Virus record (IMG/VR): IMGVR_UViG_3300025009_000099
Location: 928-64,927 of that record
Strand: one strand, 5' to 3'
From: a virus
Lineage: Duplodnaviria > Caudoviricetes
DNA length: 64,000 nt
Shown: positions 9,466 through 18,287 of the stretch, piece by piece
Numbering within the stretch: position 1 is the stretch's first letter
Layout: every line of letters begins with the position of its first letter
Notes under the pieces: generated by a model
What the model saw: only the letters and a program-made list of their open reading frames with translations
Database searches by the model: none
Told to the model about the DNA's origin: nothing
Translations under genes and position numbers: made by a program

Positions 9466-10038
9466 ATGTCAAGCCCTCACATGTCCTTTCGCCTAAACCA
9501 TTACCAACTCGCCAAAGCATTAAGAATCTTAGTAACTCTTGAACCAGACCAACCAATAGCATCATTATCCCAGGCAGCCAAGCTAATAATCATCGACTGG
9601 ATATCAAAGCACTCCATCCATACATCGTTAGAGTGTGCTCAAGCAGACATAAAAGCCATTGAGACAATCATTGCTCTGCCTGTAAATCAAATAGACCCAT
9701 ACACAACCATTCAAAATATTATGGCTCAAGCAAAAGCACAATCTCAACCATTGTATGACCAACAAGCATTTCAGATAAAAGAACAGGCAAAAAAATCAGC
9801 TCAGCAGAGACAAAGAGAAATTGAAGATGCAAGACTCTTTGAACAAATCAAACGTGAATCACGAGAAGAACAAGAAGCAAAAAATAAAGAGCTTGAGACA
9901 CAAATAGAGTTATCTTTGCATACAGGCCAAAGACTTCCCAAGCCATCGGAATTTCATGATCCGAATAACACCGAATCAGAAATATCAACTATAACTGATT
10001 TCAGCCCGCCAAAAGATTGGATAGACAGCGAGGAATAG
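9466..10038 (+). CDS. RHH-like DNA-binding protein with coiled-coil/acidic tail (paralog A)
   Basis: Start reassigned to ATG 9466 (GGAG RBS); MSSPHMSFRLNHYQLAKAL...SLSQAAKLII fits a beta-strand-helix-helix pattern. Confidence 0.65.
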   Translation: MSSPHMSFRLNHYQLAKALRILVTLEPDQPIASLSQAAKLIIIDWISKHSIHTSLECAQADIKAIETIIALPVNQIDPYTTIQNIMAQAKAQSQPLYDQQAFQIKEQAKKSAQQRQREIEDARLFEQIKRESREEQEAKNKELETQIELSLHTGQRLPKPSEFHDPNNTESEISTITDFSPPKDWIDSEE

Positions 10039-10052
10039 CCACAACTAATTAG

Positions 10053-10096
10053 CGGGCATAACGTGGTGGAATTACACAGTTTTTACGTTATGCCCG
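10053..10096. other. 12-bp perfect inverted repeat (stem-loop)
   Basis: CGGGCATAACGT / ACGTTATGCCCG immediately after the RHH-A stop. Confidence 0.6.
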
Positions 10097-10295
10097 TATA
10101 GCCACCACAACGGCCACCACGCCACGTTTCCCGCCGTCCATGCAACCGTACCCACACGCCACGTCCGGCCTACCACGGCGATCCTACGCCCTTCCTGGCC
10201 CTATTTCGCCCTGCCACCATACTATATACACACCACCAACCGACTACCACACCGTAGCACAACGGCACAATCGTAAACCGCCTACGTGTTTTTTG

Positions 10296-10324
10296 TTGAC
10301 AACCCCACTTGTCTACGGTACAAT
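10296..10324 (+). promoter_or_regulatory. sigma70 promoter
   Basis: TTGACA-17bp-TACAAT. Confidence 0.8.
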
Positions 10325-10379
10325 AACACAAGATACAGCCATACCATTTATCCAGTTAAAATCACTTAGGAGAATTATC

Positions 10380-10592
10380 ATGGTAAATCTTGACATTAGA
10401 ATTAACATCATAGGCCAAAACAAGGATAACATCATTGTTGAGTTTAGCGTTCCAGATGAGTGGTCAAACATTCAAGAGATTGCAAAAACTGCAACAATGC
10501 AAGACTTTATAGAGTTATACGAATGCATAACACCAGACATAGTAAAAGACTTTTCTGATATTGTTGTTATGAAAAACTCCTTTAATCAATAA
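10380..10592 (+). CDS. Hypothetical protein
   Basis: AGGAGA RBS before ATG 10380, downstream of promoter. Confidence 0.6.
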   Translation: MVNLDIRINIIGQNKDNIIVEFSVPDEWSNIQEIAKTATMQDFIELYECITPDIVKDFSDIVVMKNSFNQ

Positions 10593-10617
10593 ATTAAAAT
10601 CTTTCCTTAGAGCTAAT

Positions 10618-10905
10618 ATGACTGTTCAAAAAGTTACTTTATCAATAGATGCAGAAACATACCAGAGATTTCAAATAATCAAAAAGTCAAAAGGCTTGTC
10701 AATTTCTGCCTGGGTAACTTCGCTAATGCAAAAAGAGATTGAAGAATACCAGAAAGGACGAATAGTTAAACTTGCTTCAGGTATTGAAATTGCTGAAGCA
10801 ATGTATTCAGCTGGAATGAGACTTGATATTATTAAAGAAAAACTTCTTCCTGTTTATGGAAATGACATAATTGAAGAAATTATGAAACAAATAAAATTGG
10901 TATGA
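10618..10905 (+). CDS. CopG/RHH-like DNA-binding protein
   Basis: KVTLSIDAETYQRFQII...GLSISAWVTSLM. Confidence 0.6.
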   Translation: MTVQKVTLSIDAETYQRFQIIKKSKGLSISAWVTSLMQKEIEEYQKGRIVKLASGIEIAEAMYSAGMRLDIIKEKLLPVYGNDIIEEIMKQIKLV

Positions 10906-10976
10906 TCAAATCCAGGCAATAGATATCAACTGAATTACAACCCTTAAATGAATTACAACCATCACCAGGAGCTACC

Positions 10977-11153
10977 ATGAGACTAACTCAAGCAAACTAT
11001 TATCTTGTAATTCGCCAACTTAGAGATACCATCAGCCGAGGAACAATCGTCGCAGGATATAAAACCAAAGAACAGGCAGACCAGGACAAAATTGACTATC
11101 TAAAACGACTTCCTAATCACAATGTCTGGGTTATATCCAGAGAAGATTATTAA
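10977..11153 (+). CDS. Small hypothetical protein (58 aa)
   Basis: GGAG RBS; MRLTQANYYLVIRQL...; below the ORF-track size cutoff. Confidence 0.5.
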   Translation: MRLTQANYYLVIRQLRDTISRGTIVAGYKTKEQADQDKIDYLKRLPNHNVWVISREDY

Positions 11154-11163
11154 GGTTACAAAT

Positions 11164-11451
11164 ATGAACACAACATTCTATTATGCTCTTATCCCAAGTG
11201 AGCTATTCCACCTGCAAGAGCAATGCACAATCTGGCTGCCTGAAACCCAGCCACTTGACCAAGCAATCTGGAAGCCCAACCAGATCATAGCAACCTGCGA
11301 TCTTAGCTACTTATTTCAAATTGCTGAAAAGATCAAGATCGGAGCCATCTCACCAGGTGAAGTTATTTGGATTGAAGTAAAGAATCAAACAGCGACAGCT
11401 TACACATTTAGCAACGATGGCAAGATTGCAAACTTTTTCAGAATTGTATAA
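11164..11451 (+). CDS. Hypothetical protein
   Basis: In operon; start moved downstream of the previous stop. Confidence 0.55.
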   Translation: MNTTFYYALIPSELFHLQEQCTIWLPETQPLDQAIWKPNQIIATCDLSYLFQIAEKIKIGAISPGEVIWIEVKNQTATAYTFSNDGKIANFFRIV

Positions 11452-11554
11452 CCAAACCAAGCAACGAAGTTGCCCGCTTTTAACCACCATCCATAAGGAA
11501 AAGATTAATTATGAGAAAAAAGAATGGTTCAGTACAACAAATATGGACTCGAGT

Positions 11555-11641
11555 GGGTAGCCGAAGTACATCGAACCTGGAAATAATTGGCTGCCTAATC
11601 ACCAGGTCAAAGCCATCAAATTATAAAGGTTTTGACCTGGT
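11555..11641 (+). other. Tandem RNA hairpins
   Basis: GGGTAGCCGA/TTGGCTGCCT and ACCAGGTCAAAGCC/GGTTTTGACCTGGT with G-U pairs. Confidence 0.5.
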
Positions 11642-11693
11642 TATGAGTTAGTCAATTTAATATCTTTAATATTGCCAAACGATTAGTTTCGCT

Positions 11694-11707
11694 GTTCATC
11701 CGTGAAC
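11694..11707. promoter_or_regulatory. GTTCA-N4-TGAAC palindrome (copy 2)
   Basis: GTTCATCCGTGAAC upstream of ORF 11749. Confidence 0.5.
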
Positions 11708-11748
11708 GGCCATTACAAAAACAACCACTGGGAGGACATATTACAATC

Positions 11749-11937
11749 ATGAAGAAGAAAACAATTCGTTTCTACAACAGCTTTGGTACCTATATGGGAT
11801 GGAAGTATCTTGCCAATGTGACATACTTTGAACTTATTAACTGGCTCAAAGCTGGCAACACATTAAGATTCCAGAAGCAAACACTTACTAAGGACTCCAC
11901 CAGTAATGAAATCTTCAAACTTTTGCGGAGGTCATAA
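11749..11937 (+). CDS. Hypothetical protein
   Basis: GGAGG RBS; coupled to the next ORF. Confidence 0.55.
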   Translation: MKKKTIRFYNSFGTYMGWKYLANVTYFELINWLKAGNTLRFQKQTLTKDSTSNEIFKLLRRS

Positions 11938-12260
11938 TGACAATGACATCAGAAGAGATTATGTCTTTCCAAGGCCACGAGTTTACCTATTTCTTTGAAG
12001 ATGAAGATACAATGCCAGCCTATATTAAGAAAATAGATTTAAAGAAAAATCAAATGTCTTGCTGGAGCTTTTCACTAGTTACAGATAATGGAACTGCATT
12101 TCTACCATCAAATGAAAATGAAGAAACTGAAGGGGCTTGTTGCTTATGTTTTGAAGATAGTTTAGCTAAAATTATTGAAATTATTACAGAAATAAAAACT
12201 ACTGGAAAACGTTTATATAAACAAAGAGGTCTTGGATCTTTTGCAGGCTGTCCATTCTAA
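11937..12260 (+). CDS. Hypothetical protein
   Basis: GGAGG RBS, TAATG overlap. Confidence 0.6.
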   Translation: MTMTSEEIMSFQGHEFTYFFEDEDTMPAYIKKIDLKKNQMSCWSFSLVTDNGTAFLPSNENEETEGACCLCFEDSLAKIIEIITEIKTTGKRLYKQRGLGSFAGCPF

Positions 12261-12271
12261 GGAGCTTAGCC

Positions 12272-12721
12272 ATGAAAAAACTCTGTCCAGTTTGCAACAC
12301 CCTCAATGAAGCAATCGGCTTCAATCTAAGCGAAAAAGAAATCCATAACATTAGTAAGATTGGTTTGTCTGAACATCTTTGCAAGACTTGCTATCAGAAA
12401 GAACTTTCCGCCAGGTTAGATGCTACCAAAGCTACACTTATCCCACTTAATAAAGAAAAATCAACTCTTCAGGTTGCATACCATAGGGCATATGACGCCT
12501 GGAAAAACGAAGCCAGCTTGTACCAAGCAATAGATTATAATCTCAGCCTAATAAAGCATGTAGTCAAGCAGAAGGAAGCCACCATAACTAAGAAGGCTCC
12601 CAAAGAAGTTGATCCAATCAACGCTGAGCTTTTCTGCAAACAGTTTCTTGCCACCCTGAGTAAAGAACAACAAGCAGCGATAATTCAAACCTTTAAAGCA
12701 ACTCAAACTATTGGTATTTAA
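12272..12721 (+). CDS. Zn-finger/coiled-coil protein with shared C-terminal tail
   Basis: CPVC...CKTC; ends FLATLSKEQQAAIIQTFK. Confidence 0.65.
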   Translation: MKKLCPVCNTLNEAIGFNLSEKEIHNISKIGLSEHLCKTCYQKELSARLDATKATLIPLNKEKSTLQVAYHRAYDAWKNEASLYQAIDYNLSLIKHVVKQKEATITKKAPKEVDPINAELFCKQFLATLSKEQQAAIIQTFKATQTIGI

Positions 12722-12723
12722 TC

Positions 12724-13164
12724 ATGATTAAAGAATTTCAAGGTAATTATCGTTGGCTATCTAACTTTGCTCCAGTAGATATAGTAATAAGAGATAAAGC
12801 TTATCCATCAGTTGAACATGCCTACATGGCTATGAAAGCTCCAGATAATGCTGACTGGCAAAGTTTTTGTAGTAATAAAAGTAATTCTGCAGGAAAAGTT
12901 AAAAAAGCATCTAAATTTATTCAGCTTCGACCTGATTGGGATGATAATTGTAGACTTACTTTAATGAAGCTTTTGTTAAAATTAAAGTTTTCACAAAAGC
13001 CTTTTCGATCAAAACTCATATCTACAGGAAACCAAAACATTCAAGAAGGCAATTATTGGAATGACAAATTCTTCGGAATATGCCTAAAAACAGGTGAAGG
13101 AGAAAATCATTTAGGCCGCTTAATTATGAACATTCGAGATCAAATTAATAATGGAGTATTATAA
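12724..13164 (+). CDS. NADAR (YbiA-like) family ADP-ribosylhydrolase
   Basis: WLSNFAP, YPSVEHAYMAMK, LRPDWD, KFSQ, LISTG, EGNYWNDKFFG, GENHLGRLIMNIR. Confidence 0.9.
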   Translation: MIKEFQGNYRWLSNFAPVDIVIRDKAYPSVEHAYMAMKAPDNADWQSFCSNKSNSAGKVKKASKFIQLRPDWDDNCRLTLMKLLLKLKFSQKPFRSKLISTGNQNIQEGNYWNDKFFGICLKTGEGENHLGRLIMNIRDQINNGVL

Positions 13165-13445
13165 TGTCAAGTCCAATCATTACATTTCGCCTCACCACAG
13201 ATCAGCTGGCTCGCGGACTTCAGATTGTTCGCAGCCTGGAGCCGAACTTTCAGCTTACGAGTCTTAGCCAATTAGTTAAGATAGTTTATACTGATTACCT
13301 GGCAAAAATGACCCTTGGCCAAACAGATAAAGTTGACCAAGACATTATGCAAGAAATTCAGATCTTTATCAGCAATCCCAGAAAGAAAGAAATCAACTTG
13401 GCATCCTTAGCAGATGAGGAAAAAGTCACTCATCAAGAGGTATAA
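13164..13445 (+). CDS. RHH-like protein (paralog B)
   Basis: MSSPIITFRLTTDQLARGL..LEP..SLSQLVK aligns with 9466. Confidence 0.65.
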   Translation: MSSPIITFRLTTDQLARGLQIVRSLEPNFQLTSLSQLVKIVYTDYLAKMTLGQTDKVDQDIMQEIQIFISNPRKKEINLASLADEEKVTHQEV

Positions 13446-13446
13446 T

Positions 13447-13755
13447 ATGAAAAGAATACACGTAAACAACATTGTTATTTGTAAAACATATTATGCAGTA
13501 TGTGTTGGTTCAATATCAGCAATACAGTTTGAAGAGATAATGATCCCTAAAGCCACAGTACATAATTTCAGTACAGATTTCACTTATGACTGGTACTTGT
13601 CTGATATTGGTATTGAATATGAAAATGAATCATATATAAACAATCTTAATCGAGTATTTGAAACGGAAGAAGAAGCTAGGAATTGGATAAGTACTGAAGA
13701 GTATAAACGAGATTTAGATCAGCATTGGAATATATGTTATTTTGGTAAATACTAA
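13447..13755 (+). CDS. Hypothetical AT-rich protein
   Basis: VFETEEEA motif; GAGG RBS. Confidence 0.55.
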   Translation: MKRIHVNNIVICKTYYAVCVGSISAIQFEEIMIPKATVHNFSTDFTYDWYLSDIGIEYENESYINNLNRVFETEEEARNWISTEEYKRDLDQHWNICYFGKY

Positions 13756-13782
13756 CAATCAATCAATTAAAGGAATTCACCC

Positions 13783-14043
13783 ATGAGTAAAGCTCGCGTA
13801 GTTTCAACCCGCATGACCATTGAAGACCTCGCCAAAGCGCGTGACGGCCTACTTGCTAAAGGCATCGAAGCATCTGACTTAACAACAACAAGTCAGCTTA
13901 TCAAACTTACCTTCTACTACGGCATCATTTATCTCTGCCAAGATCCTAAAACTCCACCCAGCCAGGCATCCACAGAATTTATAGGGCAAAAGTTCAGCCA
14001 AACAAAAGCAACCAGGGGACTGACCTTAACTGATCTGGAGTAG
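13783..14043 (+). CDS. RHH-like protein (paralog C)
   Basis: RVVSTRMTIEDLAKA...TTSQLIKL. Confidence 0.55.
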   Translation: MSKARVVSTRMTIEDLAKARDGLLAKGIEASDLTTTSQLIKLTFYYGIIYLCQDPKTPPSQASTEFIGQKFSQTKATRGLTLTDLE

Positions 14044-14222
14044 TTCAATATTAAAAGGAGCCACAATGTTTCACTCATATATTTATAAAGCAATTGGTAG
14101 TTGGATATGTAAAACACTTAATTTTCTTCTATTAATTGGCCTCATATCTTTGTGTGGATTTTGTATCTACTTAGGCTATAAATTTATTAAGTTTCTAATT
14201 AGTATTTAACAGAGCTAATGCC

Positions 14223-14450
14223 ATGAAAAACCTTCCATTCTACAAAACCCCAAACGATTTTAAATGTCCAGCCTGCAATCAGTCCTGTCGCATAATTGCC
14301 TTAGACGATTCATTTGGTTATTCTGGTACTCATTGCACAGCCGGACAAGCAGGCATTCACTATCCATCTGATTATGGCTCGCCTGTGACTGATTGCTGCG
14401 AGGCAGACGTACCAGATGCTGAACTTGACGAACCAGATTATGACTATTAA
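14223..14450 (+). CDS. Cys-rich small protein
   Basis: CPAC...TDCC, acidic tail. Confidence 0.55.
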   Translation: MKNLPFYKTPNDFKCPACNQSCRIIALDDSFGYSGTHCTAGQAGIHYPSDYGSPVTDCCEADVPDAELDEPDYDY

Positions 14451-14465
14451 TAAGAGGTGAAAGTC

Positions 14466-15968
14466 ATGGTAATGAAATACAAAGGTAAAACTCTTACCAC
14501 CGAACAAGAGTCGCACGTAAGCACCATTCTTGACGGTAACAATTATGCAATCCAAGCACCTCCAGGTTCTGGCAAGACCTTTTTGTTGCTTGCAATGGCT
14601 CGCAAGATGTCAGGATATGGCTTATCCATCTCATTCAACAAACTTCTCGCCCAAGAAGCAGCTACCAAGTTTTCAAGCAGCATAATGTGCAAAACCGGCC
14701 ATGCATTAGCCTATGGCACAATTGGCTACAAATACAAGAAGAAGCTCAGCAAATTGACAGGCAAACAACTGGCTGATACTTTCGACATTGGTGAATGGCA
14801 GCTATATAACAGTCCAGCCAACAAAGGATACTTAATCCTAAATACAATTCGCAAATACTGCTATTCTAGTGACGAAGTTATTCAGTACAAACATTTGCCT
14901 AGACTAACAATCTTGCAGGATGCAGACCTGAATATTATGCGTGAAGATTTAGTTCATTATGCTAATCTGGTGTTTAATGAAATGGCCGATGTTAACAAGC
15001 CTATGCCAATCACCCATGATGTTTATCTCAAAATATGGGCACTCACAAACCCAATAATTAATAAAGACTTTATCTTCTTTGACGAATACCAGGATAGCAA
15101 CCCAGTCATTGCGCAAGTTATCAAGAATCAAAGTTGTCAAAAGATCTTCGTTGGCGACTGTTTTCAGCAAATCTACAGTTGGAGAGGCGCCGTTAATGCA
15201 CTCCAGGATGACAATCTGGCAAAGCTATACATTACTAGAAGTTTCCGTTTTGGAGAGAATATCGCAAGTATGGCAAACACCATAATTACTGGTTACTATC
15301 CATATCAGTTCGAATATGTGCCATTTCATGGTAACGATGATGTTACATCTTCAATCCATTATGAGCCACTTCCAGCTGTAGATGCCATTCTATGCCGGAC
15401 AAACAAAGGCATCATTGCAGAAACCATAGAAGCTCTGGGCAAAAATCTTTCCGTCCACATCCTTGGAGGGACGCAACAACTTACATACCTTATCAACTCT
15501 ATAATTCAGCTCAAGCTCCAGGGGTATTCAAATCATCCAGACCTCTTCCTATTTAAGAACTTCGCAGATTTAAAGGAATATGCAGATTCTCCAATGGGCG
15601 GAGATATTAAACCCATCCTCAAATTGATCGAACTCTATGGCAGGGAACGCTTACTAAGTATACTTGAATCAACTGTGGAAGACCCAAACGAAGCCGATGT
15701 AACCATAACTACCGCACATAAAGCAAAAGGTTTAGAATGGCCTAGAGTGAGGCTGGCCAATGATTTCAAGGTTCCCAGTGATAACGGGAATCCAACAACT
15801 GAAGAAACCAACATCTTGTATGTAGCTGCCAGTCGAGCACTTCACCAACTCGATGTGAGCAAATGCGAAGCTTGCTGGCCTCATACATTTGACAAAGCCC
15901 GTAAGGTTGCCTATGAACAATGGCAAGTAGATCAAATGATTGAACAAGAAACAGGAGATTTACAATGA
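14466..15968 (+). CDS. Superfamily 1 (UvrD/Rep-like) helicase
   Basis: APPGSGKT, FFDEYQD, VGDCFQQIYSWRGA, SFRFG, TAHKAKGLEW, LYVAASRA. Confidence 0.9.
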   Translation: MVMKYKGKTLTTEQESHVSTILDGNNYAIQAPPGSGKTFLLLAMARKMSGYGLSISFNKLLAQEAATKFSSSIMCKTGHALAYGTIGYKYKKKLSKLTGKQLADTFDIGEWQLYNSPANKGYLILNTIRKYCYSSDEVIQYKHLPRLTILQDADLNIMREDLVHYANLVFNEMADVNKPMPITHDVYLKIWALTNPIINKDFIFFDEYQDSNPVIAQVIKNQSCQKIFVGDCFQQIYSWRGAVNALQDDNLAKLYITRSFRFGENIASMANTIITGYYPYQFEYVPFHGNDDVTSSIHYEPLPAVDAILCRTNKGIIAETIEALGKNLSVHILGGTQQLTYLINSIIQLKLQGYSNHPDLFLFKNFADLKEYADSPMGGDIKPILKLIELYGRERLLSILESTVEDPNEADVTITTAHKAKGLEWPRVRLANDFKVPSDNGNPTTEETNILYVAASRALHQLDVSKCEACWPHTFDKARKVAYEQWQVDQMIEQETGDLQ

Positions 15969-16159
15969 CAGAAAATAAAATTATTATAGACGAATGGACA
16001 ATTACATACAATCCTAAACCTATTCCTGATCGTAGATTTGATTATGATGTTGTGCATAAAGACTATGATGAAGATAATAATTTATTTTTCTATGCAGCTT
16101 CAATAGAAGAAGCAAAACAAGGAATTACAGCTCGCTTATTGGAGGATCTTAACCAATGA
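15965..16159 (+). CDS. Hypothetical protein
   Basis: ATGA overlap; AT-rich. Confidence 0.55.
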   Translation: MTENKIIIDEWTITYNPKPIPDRRFDYDVVHKDYDEDNNLFFYAASIEEAKQGITARLLEDLNQ

Positions 16160-16323
16160 ACAAGCGACAACTCAAGAAAATAATCACCCTATATCGAGAA
16201 GGCTTATCTTGTGAAATCTGCATAGCTGTTATGCTTGACTTAATGAAAGATAAAAGCACTATTGAGATAGCAATGGCAATTCATACCTTCTACGAATCAA
16301 TATTTGATCTTAAGGAGAGATAA
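16156..16323 (+). CDS. Small hypothetical protein (55 aa)
   Basis: GGAGG RBS; MNKRQLKKII... Confidence 0.5.
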   Translation: MNKRQLKKIITLYREGLSCEICIAVMLDLMKDKSTIEIAMAIHTFYESIFDLKER

Positions 16324-16324
16324 C

Positions 16325-16564
16325 ATGCCAGTATTAACTAAAAAAGTTCATAAAGAAATGATGATTGAATTAATTAATCGATATGACAATCTTAAAGAAA
16401 AATTCAGCTCAAGATCATTAATTTCTGCTAGAGAAGGCGTAAAAGGGTATGGTTCTTGGCAAGTGCCAGATAATCACTGTGCAACTCTTGGATCTTCTCT
16501 AGAGCTCTCAATAGCTGTGGAGGATTTTAAGACAATCTTAGCTGAAATTAAGAAACTTAAGTAA
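16325..16564 (+). CDS. Hypothetical protein
   Basis: AAGGAG RBS. Confidence 0.55.
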   Translation: MPVLTKKVHKEMMIELINRYDNLKEKFSSRSLISAREGVKGYGSWQVPDNHCATLGSSLELSIAVEDFKTILAEIKKLK

Positions 16565-16746
16565 TGGAGCCAATTGTGATCAAGCGCAAATTCTTGCCAG
16601 AACTTCTCGGAATGAACCTTTACCAGACTGGTCGCAACGAATCTTTTTATGCTTGGAATCATAAACATGCCATCAACAAAAGGCCAAACGAACTTATTTA
16701 TTTTGTTACAGATGTTGGGAAAAGAATATTAATTATTAACAAATAA
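16564..16746 (+). CDS. Hypothetical protein
   Basis: TAATG overlap. Confidence 0.5.
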   Translation: MEPIVIKRKFLPELLGMNLYQTGRNESFYAWNHKHAINKRPNELIYFVTDVGKRILIINK

Positions 16747-16759
16747 CCTGGAAACAATT

Positions 16760-17026
16760 ATGCCCATTAATAATACAATAATATTTACTGTCGGTCTAAT
16801 AATTGGTATAGGAGGAACATCTTTTGCTGGCTATTCTGCTTTAGTTGAACAAGCTAATATGATAACCCATCTTAAGGAGAAAGTAAACCTCGTGCCTGTC
16901 GTAACTGTTGACGCCTTAGGCATTTGTAAAGTAACCCAAGGAGGAAAATCCTACATGCTGATTGATGTCACCAATGAAACAAAAGCACTTGATGTAATTG
17001 AACAAAATATTAATAAGGAGAAATAA
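16760..17026 (+). CDS. Membrane-anchored hypothetical protein
   Basis: N-terminal hydrophobic IIFTVGLIIGIGG. Confidence 0.55.
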   Translation: MPINNTIIFTVGLIIGIGGTSFAGYSALVEQANMITHLKEKVNLVPVVTVDALGICKVTQGGKSYMLIDVTNETKALDVIEQNINKEK

Positions 17027-17331
17027 TGTGCGAAAGATTACTCGAACATTTCATACTTTTCTTACTCACCTGCACAAAATCTTTCATTTTCCTACACATA
17101 AAAGTAAAAGCTCTTACGAGCAGGATAGGAAAATAATGCGAATAGCTAGATTACATATTTGGAGGGTAAAATGAATACTATAAAAAATACTTTGATCTTT
17201 CTTGCATCTTTTATAGTAGTAGGCTTATTTGTGGTTCTTATTGATCAATTGTATCCAACACCTCCGATTGATCAAGCAACTTTTCAATCTTATTCTTGTA
17301 GTAATGGTATTACATGTGTGAATAAATAACT

Positions 17332-17520
17332 ATGAATATTCCTATCAAATCTATACGTGCAGCTAGAGATGCTCTTGAACTACAGTATATAATATCTTCA
17401 AGCGAAGAAAGTCTAAAAAGTTGGAGCTTACCTTTCAGAAAGATACAAGAAAAGATTAATAAGACAAACAAGCAGTATCTCTCTGAACTAGATAAATGGT
17501 TAACGGAGGTAGAAAAATGA
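17332..17520 (+). CDS. Hypothetical protein
   Basis: ORF track; coupled to the next ORF. Confidence 0.45.
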   Translation: MNIPIKSIRAARDALELQYIISSSEESLKSWSLPFRKIQEKINKTNKQYLSELDKWLTEVEK

Positions 17521-17732
17521 ACGTATATTTGCTACATAGACTTGATTCTGTTGGCTATGATGAATATGAAGCCAAAGTAATTGTTGCCAGGACTGATTAT
17601 GAAGCTCGCTTATTGGCGAATGTTAAAACTGCTGATGAAGGTCCAATCTGGACAGATCCTACCAAAGTTGTTTGTGCAAACTTGGATTTGCATGTTGCTC
17701 GGGTAGTTCTTGAGTCATTTAAGGCAGGGTGA
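17517..17732 (+). CDS. Hypothetical phage protein
   Basis: GGAGG RBS; YDEYEAKVIVA..EAR...VLESFKAG. Confidence 0.6.
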   Translation: MNVYLLHRLDSVGYDEYEAKVIVARTDYEARLLANVKTADEGPIWTDPTKVVCANLDLHVARVVLESFKAG

Positions 17733-17760
17733 AAAAGGCACAAAAAGGTGAAAAAATTTG

Positions 17761-17789
17761 TTGACAGGGACGATCCTTTATGTTATTGT
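17761..17789 (+). promoter_or_regulatory. sigma70 promoter with phased upstream A-tracts
   Basis: TTGACA-17bp-TATTGT with TGn extension; A-tracts about every 10 bp at 17733-17756. Confidence 0.75.
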
Positions 17790-17896
17790 ACCCGAACAAT
17801 ACCGGATTTTACCGGAAAGCACCAAGGGCCGTAAAAAGCCGTTTTCAAGTCGGGCATGTCGCCCATTCTACAAACCCCCTAATTAGGAGATTCAAA

Positions 17897-18259
17897 ATGT
17901 CCATGATCAAAGTAGTAAGTAATCAGGTAGAGCGTGATATCACTGTAACCGAGCCTGTAGTTCTCAACCTTGGGACGATTGAAGAGCTGGTACAGTCACT
18001 CGGTGAAGATCTGGCAGTAAACATGATCAAGAACCAGCTCAAGGTTTCTTTCAGGGCTGTTGTTCGTCGCAAGCTGGAAGAGAAGGACGACAATGGTGAA
18101 TTCAGCAACTCTGATGATACCATTCTTGCCGAGGATTTCAGCGACTGGAAACCGACTCTTCGCATTACTAAGACTCCTGAGGAGAAAGCTCTGGAGGCAC
18201 TTGGCAACCTTCCGCCTGAAGTTCGTGATGCAGTTCTGGCCCAGTTCAACAATCGGTAA
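17897..18259 (+). CDS. Early protein with shared C-terminal helical tail; probable paralog of 7879-8286
   Basis: AGGAGA RBS; ends KTPEEKALEALGNLPPEVRDAVLAQFNNR. Confidence 0.8.
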   Translation: MSMIKVVSNQVERDITVTEPVVLNLGTIEELVQSLGEDLAVNMIKNQLKVSFRAVVRRKLEEKDDNGEFSNSDDTILAEDFSDWKPTLRITKTPEEKALEALGNLPPEVRDAVLAQFNNR

Positions 18260-18287
18260 GCCTAATCTAGTTAATTAACCTCTTAAT

